Sequence record: PZ402301.1
DNA: 64,000 nt
Direction: 5' to 3' (one strand)
Source of the DNA: a phage
Shown: one piece after another, positions 33,394 through 44,195 of the stretch
Numbering within the stretch: the stretch's first letter is position 1
Layout: each line of letters starts with the position of its first letter
The notes under the pieces: generated by a model
Told to the model about the DNA's origin: nothing
Database searches by the model: none
The model's input: only the letters and a program-made list of their open reading frames with translations
Program-made: the position numbers and the translations under genes

Positions 33394-33680
33394 TAGAACC
33401 TCATCTGAAAACCATGCGATTTAACATTACCGCCGTCAATATCAGAAATGTTAATTTCACGCGCAATTGAAGGGTCAATGTCAATTTCACGATTGAGTTT
33501 AGCGATAGCTAGAGTATCACGCCCATTTACAGTACGGAACTCTAAAGGGCAGACTGCATTAACATAGTTTTTAATCGATTCACTGGTAGGCTGCAAATGA
33601 GCAGGAAGGTCTTTAGGCGCCTTAGAGAAAACTACTTCGCAAAAATTTTTACGAGTATCAAAATAAGTAGTCATAAACAT
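33393..33680 (-). CDS. 30.5: hypothetical protein (positional 30.5)
   Basis: 95-aa ORF. Confidence 0.55.
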   Translation of the reverse strand: MFMTTYFDTRKNFCEVVFSKAPKDLPAHLQPTSESIKNYVNAVCPLEFRTVNGRDTLAIAKLNREIDIDPSIAREINISDIDGGNVKSHGFQMRF

Positions 33681-33697
33681 AGTATTTTCCTCAGTAA

Positions 33698-33711
33698 GGG
33701 GCCGAAGCCCC
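33698..33711 (-). other. GGGGC-UUCG-GCCCC hairpin between 30.6 and 30.5
   Basis: Same 14-nt hairpin sequence as at 13278-13291; C(UUCG)G loop on the minus transcript. Confidence 0.45.
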
Positions 33712-33720
33712 TATTTTATT

Positions 33721-34098
33721 TTAAATATCAAATTCATTAAGAACTACATCAAAGATCGCTTCAAGATGCTCAGGTTTAGCTCTGTTACTCAGAATATGAC
33801 GAATCCAAGTTTTAACCAGAAGCTTACGATTGACGCCATTCCAGCAAGGATGAGTACCTAAATCGCGTTGACGGAAATCATCATCTAATGCGATTTTAAA
33901 AGAAGAATCTTCTTTCGTGATTGAAACCGTGATGCCATTTTCAAATCGCATATAAACGTAGTTAGGAGTCATATACTGTTCAATTTCGCATACTGATCCA
34001 TTTTGATGTTTCCAAAGGCAGATAGTATCAATAGAACCTGCAATACCGTTAGAAACATATTTACGTTCAAAGTTGATGTAGTTCATTTTATTCTCCAA
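33721..34098 (-). CDS. 30.6: hypothetical protein (positional 30.6)
   Basis: 125-aa ORF. Confidence 0.6.
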   Translation of the reverse strand: MENKMNYINFERKYVSNGIAGSIDTICLWKHQNGSVCEIEQYMTPNYVYMRFENGITVSITKEDSSFKIALDDDFRQRDLGTHPCWNGVNRKLLVKTWIRHILSNRAKPEHLEAIFDVVLNEFDI

Positions 34099-34111
34099 GA
34101 TGTTTAATTGC

Positions 34112-34151
34112 GGTACAGGTATATAATATCATATCCTGTACCAAAGTAAAC
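34112..34151 (-). promoter_or_regulatory. predicted early promoter (GTTTAC -35, 17-nt spacer, TATTAT -10) overlapping an 8-bp inverted repeat GGTACAGG/CCTGTACC
   Basis: Minus strand: tGTTTACtttggtacaggatatgaTATTATatacctgtacc, upstream of 30.6 RBS. Confidence 0.5.
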
Positions 34152-34153
34152 AA

Positions 34154-34486
34154 TTATTTTACTACTTTCCAGTGCTGCATGTCAAGTTTACCAACTTTTT
34201 TCATCTTCTCAATTAAGCGTTCTGCACGTTGGCGAGCTGTAACATAATACCATTCGCCTAATTCATTTTGTTCAATTTTTCCAACGATTACTGTATTCAA
34301 TTCATAAATCCAACCAGTAAAGAAATTATGAACTTGAATTGTAAAGGTGAAATCTGTTCCCATACCTTCTGTTGTTTCTACTTCAATAATATCACCTTCA
34401 ACTGCCATTAAGAACCACATAGTTTCGTTATATTCACCATTGAAACATTTAGCTTTAACCGCAGCGTTCAGATTAATCGTTTTCAT
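34154..34486 (-). CDS. 30.7: hypothetical protein (positional 30.7)
   Basis: 110-aa ORF. Confidence 0.6.
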   Translation of the reverse strand: MKTINLNAAVKAKCFNGEYNETMWFLMAVEGDIIEVETTEGMGTDFTFTIQVHNFFTGWIYELNTVIVGKIEQNELGEWYYVTARQRAERLIEKMKKVGKLDMQHWKVVK

Positions 34487-34564
34487 TTTATTCTCCTTTG
34501 TTTGTGTAAGATAATACTATCACAAAGGAACCATACTGTAAACAACTTTGTGCAATCTTTGGAA

Positions 34565-34591
34565 AATAAAAAAGGACTCCCGAAGGAGTCC
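34565..34591 (-). terminator. rho-independent terminator (minus strand): GGACUCC-UUCG-GGAGUCC followed by U-run
   Basis: 7-bp stem, UUCG loop, then UUUUUUAUUUU on the minus transcript; 6 nt after stop of the small basic ORF. Confidence 0.65.
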
Positions 34592-34596
34592 TCAAC

Positions 34597-34773
34597 TTAT
34601 GCTTTCTGCTTACCAAAACGAGAAGCATCATCTCGAAGAACCGCACGTGCTCGGCGCATGATCTTCTCAACAGTTTGATTGATACGAGAGTTCGACCCAC
34701 GCTTGTAACCAGCGCGTTTAGAATCACCAACTTTCTTTTCAACTGCTTTCTTTGCTTTAGCTTGTTTTGCCAT
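34597..34773 (-). CDS. very basic small protein (58 aa from the internal ATG; ORF-track version is 72 aa to 34815)
   Basis: MAKQAKAKKAVEKKVGDSKRAGYKRGSNSRINQTVEKIMRRARAVLRDDASRFGKQKA, Lys/Arg-rich; start choice uncertain; overlapping 84-aa ORF in another frame judged spurious. Confidence 0.45.
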   Translation of the reverse strand: MAKQAKAKKAVEKKVGDSKRAGYKRGSNSRINQTVEKIMRRARAVLRDDASRFGKQKA

Positions 34774-34967
34774 TATAAATTCTCTTTTAAATGAAAATGC
34801 AGGACTTATTGGCATTGCCTGCGAAAGCCCTCAAGGGGTACTTAGGTTTTGAATATTTACCGACAGGATAACCATAAACCTCGTCAACATTCAAGAGGTA
34901 CACCGTAAAACAAAGTTCGACGGCTCCTCGATTTTAGCTCACACTAAGGCAGTGAATCTCCAATAAA

Positions 34968-35216
34968 TTACTTCAGTGTTACCACAAAGTGACGAACTGC
35001 TTTTCGTGCAGCAGAAGCCAGAGGCTTAGCATATTTAAGTTCATCTTTTTCCTGGAGCTCAGCAGCTAATGCAGTTTGAGCAGGATTCAGATGTTTGAAA
35101 TAACGCAGGATTTCAAGGGCTTCGGCTTCAACATCAATAGATGCGCCATAGTTTTCGTGACCATTATTCCATGCGTTTCGTTGCAGTTCAAGAGCGTGTT
35201 GTAATTGTTTAATCAT
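34968..35216 (-). CDS. rIII: rIII lysis inhibition accessory protein
   Basis: 82 aa as T4 rIII; position next to gene 31. Confidence 0.85.
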   Translation of the reverse strand: MIKQLQHALELQRNAWNNGHENYGASIDVEAEALEILRYFKHLNPAQTALAAELQEKDELKYAKPLASAARKAVRHFVVTLK

Positions 35217-35355
35217 TTAAAAATTCTCGTTAGAGATTAAAACTCGGTAGTCACGTTCTTCTGAATTTCATCTTCTTTCGACAGATCTCTCAGTTGTAGA
35301 CTACCACGTAGAATTGTTCGGTTAACTTATTATTCCGACACCCAATTCATATTAT

Positions 35356-35363
35356 TATTTATA
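35356..35363 (-). promoter_or_regulatory. late promoter box TATAAATA (minus strand) upstream of rIII
   Basis: Plus-strand TATTTATA at 35356-35363, just 3' of gene 31 stop on the minus strand. Confidence 0.4.
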
Positions 35364-35699
35364 TCACTTATAAAGACACGGAATAGCTTTATAGTGACAA
35401 GTAACGAATTTTTGTTTAATTTCTTTTGGCTGCTTAAGACCCAGAGCTACAAAAGGATGTGGAACGTTTCGAATTTGACCAACTGGAAGAGAAGTCAAAT
35501 CACCAACTTCACAGAAACCTTCAGGAACATCAGGACCAACAGAGTGAACTACACACAGTTCAGGAACTTCACCTTGAACACGTTTACCGATAATAAGTCC
35601 TGATTCTGTAACTTCTTCATCACCGGCTTGTGCAGGTTCAGAAACTAAAATAACGTATTCACCGACAGCACGAATTGGTAGCTGTTGTACTTCAGACAT
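35364..35699 (-). CDS. 31: gp31 co-chaperonin (GroES analogue for capsid folding)
   Basis: 111 aa as T4 gp31; [18 protein letters not shown]... GroES-like fold motifs. Confidence 0.9.
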
Positions 35700-35755
35700 C
35701 GTTTTTCCTTTTTGTTAACAGATGAATTAATAATAACAAATAATTCTTAAAGCAT

Positions 35756-36064
35756 TTATTTACCAATAAATTGAAGTAAATGCTCAACTTTCATGCCATT
35801 AACGGAAATCAATTTGTCAATAGAAAAACCTCGCCATGCACCGAGCTCAACATCAAATACCGGAATCATATCAGTAGATTCTTTCCGAGTAGATTCAGTC
35901 AATTTACCGGTTTGCATAGTTGGCATAAAGTCAGCATCACGAGTGCCTTTCATAGTACGAATAGTACCATCAGACTTTTCAAAAACCACGTTTGAAATAC
36001 CCATGGACAATTTAGTTTTCAAAATTTCACGAATTGCTACTTTCTGTTCAGTTGTCAGTTTCAT
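35756..36064 (-). CDS. 31.1: hypothetical protein (positional 31.1)
   Basis: 102-aa ORF. Confidence 0.6.
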   Translation of the reverse strand: MKLTTEQKVAIREILKTKLSMGISNVVFEKSDGTIRTMKGTRDADFMPTMQTGKLTESTRKESTDMIPVFDVELGAWRGFSIDKLISVNGMKVEHLLQFIGK

Positions 36065-36301
36065 TTATTTACCTATTACAGTTTTAATATGAGTTGTTCC
36101 ACGTTCTTTAAGAGTGGAAAGCAATTTTTGGCATTTTTCTAAATCAGATTTCCAACTATACGGTCTATCAATACAAACCCATTCTGACTTATAATACTGC
36201 TTCCATTTAGAGAAAAAATATTTCTTATACTCTACAGCAAATGAAATGTTCTCATTAGAATAAGAACTAATTGCTGTGAGCTGTACCAAACGAAATTTCA
36301 T
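36065..36301 (-). CDS. 31.2: hypothetical protein (positional 31.2)
   Basis: 78-aa ORF. Confidence 0.55.
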   Translation of the reverse strand: MKFRLVQLTAISSYSNENISFAVEYKKYFFSKWKQYYKSEWVCIDRPYSWKSDLEKCQKLLSTLKERGTTHIKTVIGK

Positions 36302-36882
36302 TATTCACCACAGAATTCGTTGATATTTTCCCAATTTAACTTATTCAAGTTTTTCTTAGGAACATTAAACACTTCAATACCCGCATTTCGCAGAATATCA
36401 TCCCAGCCAGGTTTATTTTTATCGTATGTTTCGCAATAAACCAACTTTTTAATTCCAGATTGAGCTATCGCTTTTGCACAATCTGGGCAAGGAGAAAGTG
36501 TTACATACATAGTAGCACCTTCAATTGAAGAACCATTTCGCGCAGCAAACAAAATCGCATTTAGTTCAGCATGAATTTCATTTTTAGACGACCATTCAGA
36601 GTGAGCACTACGGTGTTCTTTCGCCAAAACAAAACGATCAGTTGAACCAAACGATACACATTCGGGCTTATGTCCTTGAATGATAGTATGTTTAGGTTTA
36701 TTCAACAACCAACCTTGCTCAGCAGCATAATCACAACAGTTCACACCACCTGCCGGAGAACCGTTATATCCGGTAGAAATAATACGTCCATTCTTTTCAA
36801 TTACTGCTCCTACCTTCCAGGAGCAACATTTTGATTCTTGTGATACTAAATATGCAATTTGAAGTACTGTACTCGCTTTCAT
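36301..36882 (-). CDS. cd: dCMP deaminase
   Basis: 193 aa as T4 Cd; zinc-binding cytidine/dCMP deaminase motifs HAE...PCPDC present. Confidence 0.93.
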   Translation of the reverse strand: MKASTVLQIAYLVSQESKCCSWKVGAVIEKNGRIISTGYNGSPAGGVNCCDYAAEQGWLLNKPKHTIIQGHKPECVSFGSTDRFVLAKEHRSAHSEWSSKNEIHAELNAILFAARNGSSIEGATMYVTLSPCPDCAKAIAQSGIKKLVYCETYDKNKPGWDDILRNAGIEVFNVPKKNLNKLNWENINEFCGE

Positions 36883-37217
36883 TTCATAATCACCAGATAA
36901 GCAGATTTAGCAGTTTCAACACGATAAATTTCGTGACGAAGTTTAGTTATACTTTTAATAACAGAACTAATTATATTCTGCCCATCTTTAAAGCGGTTTT
37001 TCTTATCAATAAAAATTGCACCAGCCATCTTTTTGTGAAGCTCAACTGGATACTTCGTCACAATAATAGCATCATACACAGAAGGATGAATACTATTCAC
37101 TAGAGTATCGTTCATCAAAGTTATTCTAATGAACTGTGCTGTTTCAGAATCAAGCGCTCTATGATCGCCAGTATCATTTTCAAGACAATTATCAATTATA
37201 TCAGTTAAATTCATCAT
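36879..37217 (-). CDS. cd.1: hypothetical protein (positional cd.1)
   Basis: 112-aa ORF with 4-nt overlap to cd. Confidence 0.55.
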   Translation of the reverse strand: MMNLTDIIDNCLENDTGDHRALDSETAQFIRITLMNDTLVNSIHPSVYDAIIVTKYPVELHKKMAGAIFIDKKNRFKDGQNIISSVIKSITKLRHEIYRVETAKSAYLVIMK

Positions 37218-37450
37218 AGTACGCCATACACCCTTTGTGCTTCAACTAATCCATCAAAATCCAGTTTAAGATGTGTTATTTGGTCACCATCACCTGGATT
37301 CACAATTACTAATACTGAACGAGGAGTTTCGGTAATAACACGAACCGATGTTTCTGGAAATCGTTCAGAAACCTTATTTACCAATTCCTGAGCAAATAGT
37401 TTAACTTTTTCTTGGAATTCTTTAACAGTAATTGGTTTTTCACTTAGCAT
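37214..37450 (-). CDS. cd.2: hypothetical protein (positional cd.2)
   Basis: 78-aa ORF. Confidence 0.55.
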   Translation of the reverse strand: MLSEKPITVKEFQEKVKLFAQELVNKVSERFPETSVRVITETPRSVLVIVNPGDGDQITHLKLDFDGLVEAQRVYGVL

Positions 37451-37971
37451 GTTGATCCTAGCTCCTTACTTTCAACGTTTTTAACTAATTTGACAGAAAC
37501 TAATTCAGCATCTCGGGTAATCATTACCGGACCTTCTTCATACTCTTCAAGATATTCTAGAGCTTTCTTTTTAGCTTCTTCCTTCGTATCAGTTTGAGCA
37601 TAGATATAGAACATACAACCAGTAATACCTACTACTTTCCACTTAATTTCTTTATCAGCTTTAATTTCAAATTTACTTGTAGAATCATCTTTTTGAACTT
37701 CTTCGAAAAAAGAATATTCTAACATATAAGCAATTGAAAATAACGGGCTAACTTTATAGGATTCACCCATTACATCAACAGCTTTATACCAACAATCATC
37801 AATTTCACGTTTAATGCTAATAACATTTTTCGCAGGATCTATTTTTACTTTAAATGAATTTTCCCCAATAAACTGGGCAATTCGTTTATTAGCCCCGCAA
37901 GTTTCATTAAAAATATCTTTATATCCAGCTTTAAAGCGATAAACCTTATCTTCTTCAAACCATTCGCTCAT
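37444..37971 (-). CDS. cd.3: hypothetical protein (positional cd.3)
   Basis: 175-aa ORF. Confidence 0.6.
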   Translation of the reverse strand: MSEWFEEDKVYRFKAGYKDIFNETCGANKRIAQFIGENSFKVKIDPAKNVISIKREIDDCWYKAVDVMGESYKVSPLFSIAYMLEYSFFEEVQKDDSTSKFEIKADKEIKWKVVGITGCMFYIYAQTDTKEEAKKKALEYLEEYEEGPVMITRDAELVSVKLVKNVESKELGSTC

Positions 37972-37991
37972 TTCAATTTCCTCATTTGTTT

Positions 37992-38021
37992 TGGTAGAGC
38001 TATAATATCACAACTCTACCG
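37992..38021 (-). promoter_or_regulatory. predicted early promoter (GTTTAC -35, 18-nt spacer, TATTAT -10) overlapping inverted repeat GGTAGAG/CTCTACC
   Basis: Minus strand: aGTTTACtttacggtagagttgtgaTATTATagctctacc upstream of cd.3. Confidence 0.45.
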
Positions 38022-38033
38022 TAAAGTAAACTA

Positions 38034-38309
38034 TTAAATTGCTTTGAATTCTGATGTCTGTGATTCAAAGCGAATATCGCCTTTTATGACTAGCTCAGCG
38101 TCAAGACCGAATACGACAATAATATGAGCAGAACCTGGATACAGAGTAATTGCAATAGAATCCACCTGGTCTGGAAGCAAAGTATTCAATACATGAGTCA
38201 CTTGAGCATGAATTCGAAGCTCAGCTGCATTATCAAGCTTTTCAAACATATTATTAGCGATAATTTGGCTAAACACTACTTCTACGATTTTAGAATAAGT
38301 CGGAAACAT
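38034..38309 (-). CDS. cd.4: hypothetical protein (positional cd.4)
   Basis: 91-aa ORF. Confidence 0.55.
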   Translation of the reverse strand: MFPTYSKIVEVVFSQIIANNMFEKLDNAAELRIHAQVTHVLNTLLPDQVDSIAITLYPGSAHIIVVFGLDAELVIKGDIRFESQTSEFKAI

Positions 38310-38311
38310 AT

Positions 38312-38512
38312 TTACCTCACATAATTTTCTTCAAGCCAATCAATAACATCCAACGCATTATCAAAAGTTGAACCATCTACTATGTCTTCTGTTTCATAAT
38401 CAAGAATATCTAAGTCTATTCTTCCATCAACAATAGGCCATAAACAAAATAGATATTTCTTTTCTTTTTCAATTTTATCACAAAGTTGATAAATCTTTTC
38501 TATGTTATTCAT
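38312..38512 (-). CDS. cd.5: hypothetical protein (positional cd.5)
   Basis: 66-aa ORF. Confidence 0.5.
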   Translation of the reverse strand: MNNIEKIYQLCDKIEKEKKYLFCLWPIVDGRIDLDILDYETEDIVDGSTFDNALDVIDWLEENYVR

Positions 38513-38701
38513 AAGTTTTCCATGGTAAAGGCAGTTTAGTTTTCTTTACTGTTAGTTCAACATCAGGATTCTTTTCCCTTAATTTAAGGCATTCCTCCCA
38601 AGCTCTGATTTCACTAGTGAATACACAAAATTGTCCATTACTAGTACCAACTAAACCACTATTTACAATAATAATAGCCCAAGTTTCATGATGTAAAGCC
38701 A

Positions 38702-38702
<1 letters not shown>
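38505..38702 (-). CDS. hypothetical small protein downstream of pseT
   Basis: 65-aa ORF; start overlaps pseT stop region. Confidence 0.5.
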
Positions 38703-39927
<1,225 letters not shown>

Positions 39928-39930
39928 TTA

Positions 39931-40161
39931 TTATTTCTCAACCAATGATTGAATATAATCATGTAGGTCTTTAGATGCTTTACCCCACTTATTTTGGTAT
40001 TCATTTTTAAGATTAGCACGTGATTGAGCTAATAAAACATCATTAGTTGGAGGTAAAGATTCTAACCGCTGAATCTGGCGTCCGTAAATCATTGCAGCCA
40101 TCTCGGATTCATAAATCAATCCTTTGAGATGTTCAAATTGATGCCATGAAATCATTTGCAT
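39931..40161 (-). CDS. hypothetical small protein
   Basis: 76-aa ORF. Confidence 0.5.
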   Translation of the reverse strand: MQMISWHQFEHLKGLIYESEMAAMIYGRQIQRLESLPPTNDVLLAQSRANLKNEYQNKWGKASKDLHDYIQSLVEK

Positions 40162-40451
40162 TTATCCTCTTTTAACTCTTGGCGATAATAACATATCATA
40201 GTTTTCTGATCATGTACATATCGTTTTACATCATTAAGCCAAATACGAAATTCCTGGGAATCTTCGAATGGCATACCGACCCAAGCTTTACCATCGATAA
40301 CTTTAACTTGCCAAGATAGTTTAGCTTCATCATATGACTTTATCTGCACAGGCCAATTAGGATGAACTGTTTCTTTCTTTACTTCTAGAGGATTTGTCGA
40401 ACAACCAACTAGAAGACCAATAGATAATATTACTGCTGATAGTTTAATCAT
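40152..40451 (-). CDS. pseT.2: outer-membrane lipoprotein, predicted o-spanin (Rz1 equivalent)
   Basis: 99 aa; N-terminal signal peptide with lipobox LLVGC; ATG overlaps stop of the upstream i-spanin-like gene (ATGA); naming from recall that T4 spanins are PseT.3/PseT.2. Confidence 0.6.
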   Translation of the reverse strand: MIKLSAVILSIGLLVGCSTNPLEVKKETVHPNWPVQIKSYDEAKLSWQVKVIDGKAWVGMPFEDSQEFRIWLNDVKRYVHDQKTMICYYRQELKEDKCK

Positions 40452-40801
40452 TTAGAAAGGTCCTGGATGTCTTCTGCGAACTTGTTGAAGGAGTTGTTGA
40501 TTTGTTTTTCAACCAATCCTGGCTTATGAGCCACCACATCCGCCTTCTTTGCATCTTTGCGCAGTTTTTCATTTTCACGCTCAATAGCAGCAATTGCCTC
40601 ACGATTTTTATTATTCATCGCATCAATATAATTATACTGAATTCGCAAATTATCTAATGCTAAAGCGTTTTCATTGGATGTTTTTGTAATTTCAGTAACC
40701 GATGTTTCTAATCTTTCTACCTTATTTTTTAAAATAATAGATGTTCCGCCAAATGCTATCACAAGTAATAGCAAGCCTGCTGTCGTATTACTTAATTGCA
40801 T
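40448..40801 (-). CDS. pseT.3: inner-membrane protein with periplasmic coiled coil, predicted i-spanin (Rz equivalent)
   Basis: 117 aa; N-terminal hydrophobic anchor AGLLLLVIAFGGTSIIL followed by heptad-like charged helix. Confidence 0.6.
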   Translation of the reverse strand: MQLSNTTAGLLLLVIAFGGTSIILKNKVERLETSVTEITKTSNENALALDNLRIQYNYIDAMNNKNREAIAAIERENEKLRKDAKKADVVAHKPGLVEKQINNSFNKFAEDIQDLSK

Positions 40802-41298
40802 AAAGTTTTAATAACCTCTACAATATCGTCTTGAGAAAGACCGTTAATTAAAATATGATGTTCAGCCGGAGATTTAGAAATTTTAAAGCATGCCTCAACA
40901 TCTTCTGCCATATCTGATGCACTACGATTTGGATTACTAATTCCAAGACGATGTTTTCCCGTCAAAGGATTAACGATGATGTAGCATTTACAGTTATTGA
41001 TATGAACATTAGGTTGAGTCTGATTAATGAACACATCACAATCATATTTCGCAAGCTGATTTTCTAAAAAGACTTTCATCTCCTCAACCGCATCAGGAAG
41101 CATATCACGGGCTTGCTCAAGACGACGATTTCGATATTCTTTAATAGTCGTTTTCCGCTTGACTTGCTTAGCTAAATCTTTCTTAAGATCGGTGATATAT
41201 CCAACTCGACGATTTCCTTTAAATACAGAAATCCCATCTGTAGTATCACCGTATGCTTCAACGACCATTTCAGTAGTAATAAGCTGTAAATCCATCAT
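40792..41298 (-). CDS. alc: Alc, inhibitor of host transcription on cytosine-containing DNA
   Basis: 168 aa (167 from second ATG) matching T4 Alc size and position between pseT cluster and rnlA. Confidence 0.8.
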   Translation of the reverse strand: MMDLQLITTEMVVEAYGDTTDGISVFKGNRRVGYITDLKKDLAKQVKRKTTIKEYRNRRLEQARDMLPDAVEEMKVFLENQLAKYDCDVFINQTQPNVHINNCKCYIIVNPLTGKHRLGISNPNRSASDMAEDVEACFKISKSPAEHHILINGLSQDDIVEVIKTLCN

Positions 41299-41302
41299 AA
41301 AG

Positions 41303-41356
41303 TCCTCATGTTATGTCAGTAAGACTACTATAACACAACACGAGGGACTTGTAAAC
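41303..41356 (-). promoter_or_regulatory. early promoter cassette (copy B of 54-bp repeat) upstream of alc
   Basis: 51/54 nt identical to 25532-25585; GTTTAC -35 at 41351-41356, -10 TATAGT, leader GAGGA. Confidence 0.55.
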
Positions 41357-41359
41357 AGC

Positions 41360-42947
<1,588 letters not shown>

Positions 42948-42955
42948 AATAAAAT

Positions 42956-42969
42956 GGGCCTTGCGGCCC
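42956..42969 (-). other. GGGCC-GCAA-GGCCC hairpin between nrdB stop and denA start
   Basis: GNRA-loop hairpin on the minus transcript sitting between a GGAG and the denA ATG; may modulate denA translation. Confidence 0.45.
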
Positions 42970-42974
42970 ACTCC

Positions 42975-44144
42975 TTAAAAATATTTTTTAAAACTCATCA
43001 TAACTTTATCATCAACATCATTATCAATCTGTGCTACAAGGTAAGATGACAGTTCTACTTCTTGCGGTGCAGATTGAACATTATCAGAATTAAGATATTC
43101 ACGAATCCAAGGATACGGATGTTTAACCGGAGCATCAGTAATTGGGCATGGAAGACCGCACTGTTTCATACGAGATACAGTTAAGTAATCAATAAAGCTC
43201 CACATGCTATTTGTATTTAATCCAGGAACATCGCCATCTTTAAATAAATGAACTGCCCAATCTTTTTCTTGGCGGTTAACTTCCATGAAAATATCAACTG
43301 CTTCTTGTTCACATTCTTGAGCAATTTTAACCCATTCATCACCATCAGTGCCAAGTTGAAGTTGACGAATAATATATTGGGTGCCTTTAAGGTGAAGCTG
43401 CTCATCACGTGCAATGAACTTCATAATCTTGGCATTACCTTCCATGATTTCCATGTTCTTATGGAAGTTAAAGGTACATGCGAAAGATACATAAAAACGA
43501 ATAGCTTCCAGTGCATTGATTACATGAAGGCAAAGATAAAGAGATTTCATTAGTGCTTGTTTAGTACATTCAACAACTTTGCCTAACTCTTCTTTGCGAA
43601 ATCCTTCTGATAAAATTCCTTCATAATCTTCAACCGCATTCTGATATTCACGAGTCTTAACTAGAACATCATCGTAATAGCGACCAATGGACTCGGCACG
43701 TTTCATAATAGCTTTATCTAATACAATCTCATCAAATACCTTTGACGGATCAGTATAAAGATTTCGCATGATATGGGTATATGAACGGCTGTGAATAGTT
43801 TCACTAAAAGTCCATGTAGCAACCCATGTATCAAGACTTGGGTCTGAAATTAACGACATAAGTACAGCAGACGGTGCACGACCCTGAATGCTATCTAGAA
43901 GTGATTGATACTTCAAGTTATTAGTAAAAATATCTTGCTGATACTGAGGAAGCTTGTTAAATTGCGCAGCATCCATCATTAAGTTTACTTCTTCAGGACG
44001 CCAGAAAAATGATAATTGCTTTTCGGTTAAATCTTCAAAAACTTTATGGCGTTGAATATCATAACGCGCAATACCAAGACCTGAACCGAAGAACATAGGT
44101 TCTTTTAAAACATCAACTGGATTTGTATTAAAAACTGTGCTCAT
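42975..44144 (-). CDS. nrdB: ribonucleotide reductase small subunit NrdB (uninterrupted)
   Basis: 389-aa continuous ORF; N-terminus ...LKEPMFFG...RYD...QLSFFWRPEEV as in class Ia R2; no intron interruption. Confidence 0.93.
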   Translation of the reverse strand: MSTVFNTNPVDVLKEPMFFGSGLGIARYDIQRHKVFEDLTEKQLSFFWRPEEVNLMMDAAQFNKLPQYQQDIFTNNLKYQSLLDSIQGRAPSAVLMSLISDPSLDTWVATWTFSETIHSRSYTHIMRNLYTDPSKVFDEIVLDKAIMKRAESIGRYYDDVLVKTREYQNAVEDYEGILSEGFRKEELGKVVECTKQALMKSLYLCLHVINALEAIRFYVSFACTFNFHKNMEIMEGNAKIMKFIARDEQLHLKGTQYIIRQLQLGTDGDEWVKIAQECEQEAVDIFMEVNRQEKDWAVHLFKDGDVPGLNTNSMWSFIDYLTVSRMKQCGLPCPITDAPVKHPYPWIREYLNSDNVQSAPQEVELSSYLVAQIDNDVDDKVMMSFKKYF

Positions 44145-44195
44145 AAATTTTCCGCTTAGTTAATAGATAGTGACTCGTCCGTGAGTCAAATTATA

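Noticed and set aside
34523-34543. GTTTAC with a TATTAT hexamer upstream of the 30.7-position ORF
   Set aside because: Spacer is 21 nt, too long for a sigma70-type promoter; the 7-bp inverted repeat CACAAAG/CTTTGTG here is noted but not called as a promoter
34488-34742. 84-aa hydrophobic minus-strand ORF overlapping the basic mini-protein ORF
   Set aside because: Would read through the strong terminator hairpin at 34574-34591; the alternative frame encodes the basic protein and ends just before the terminator
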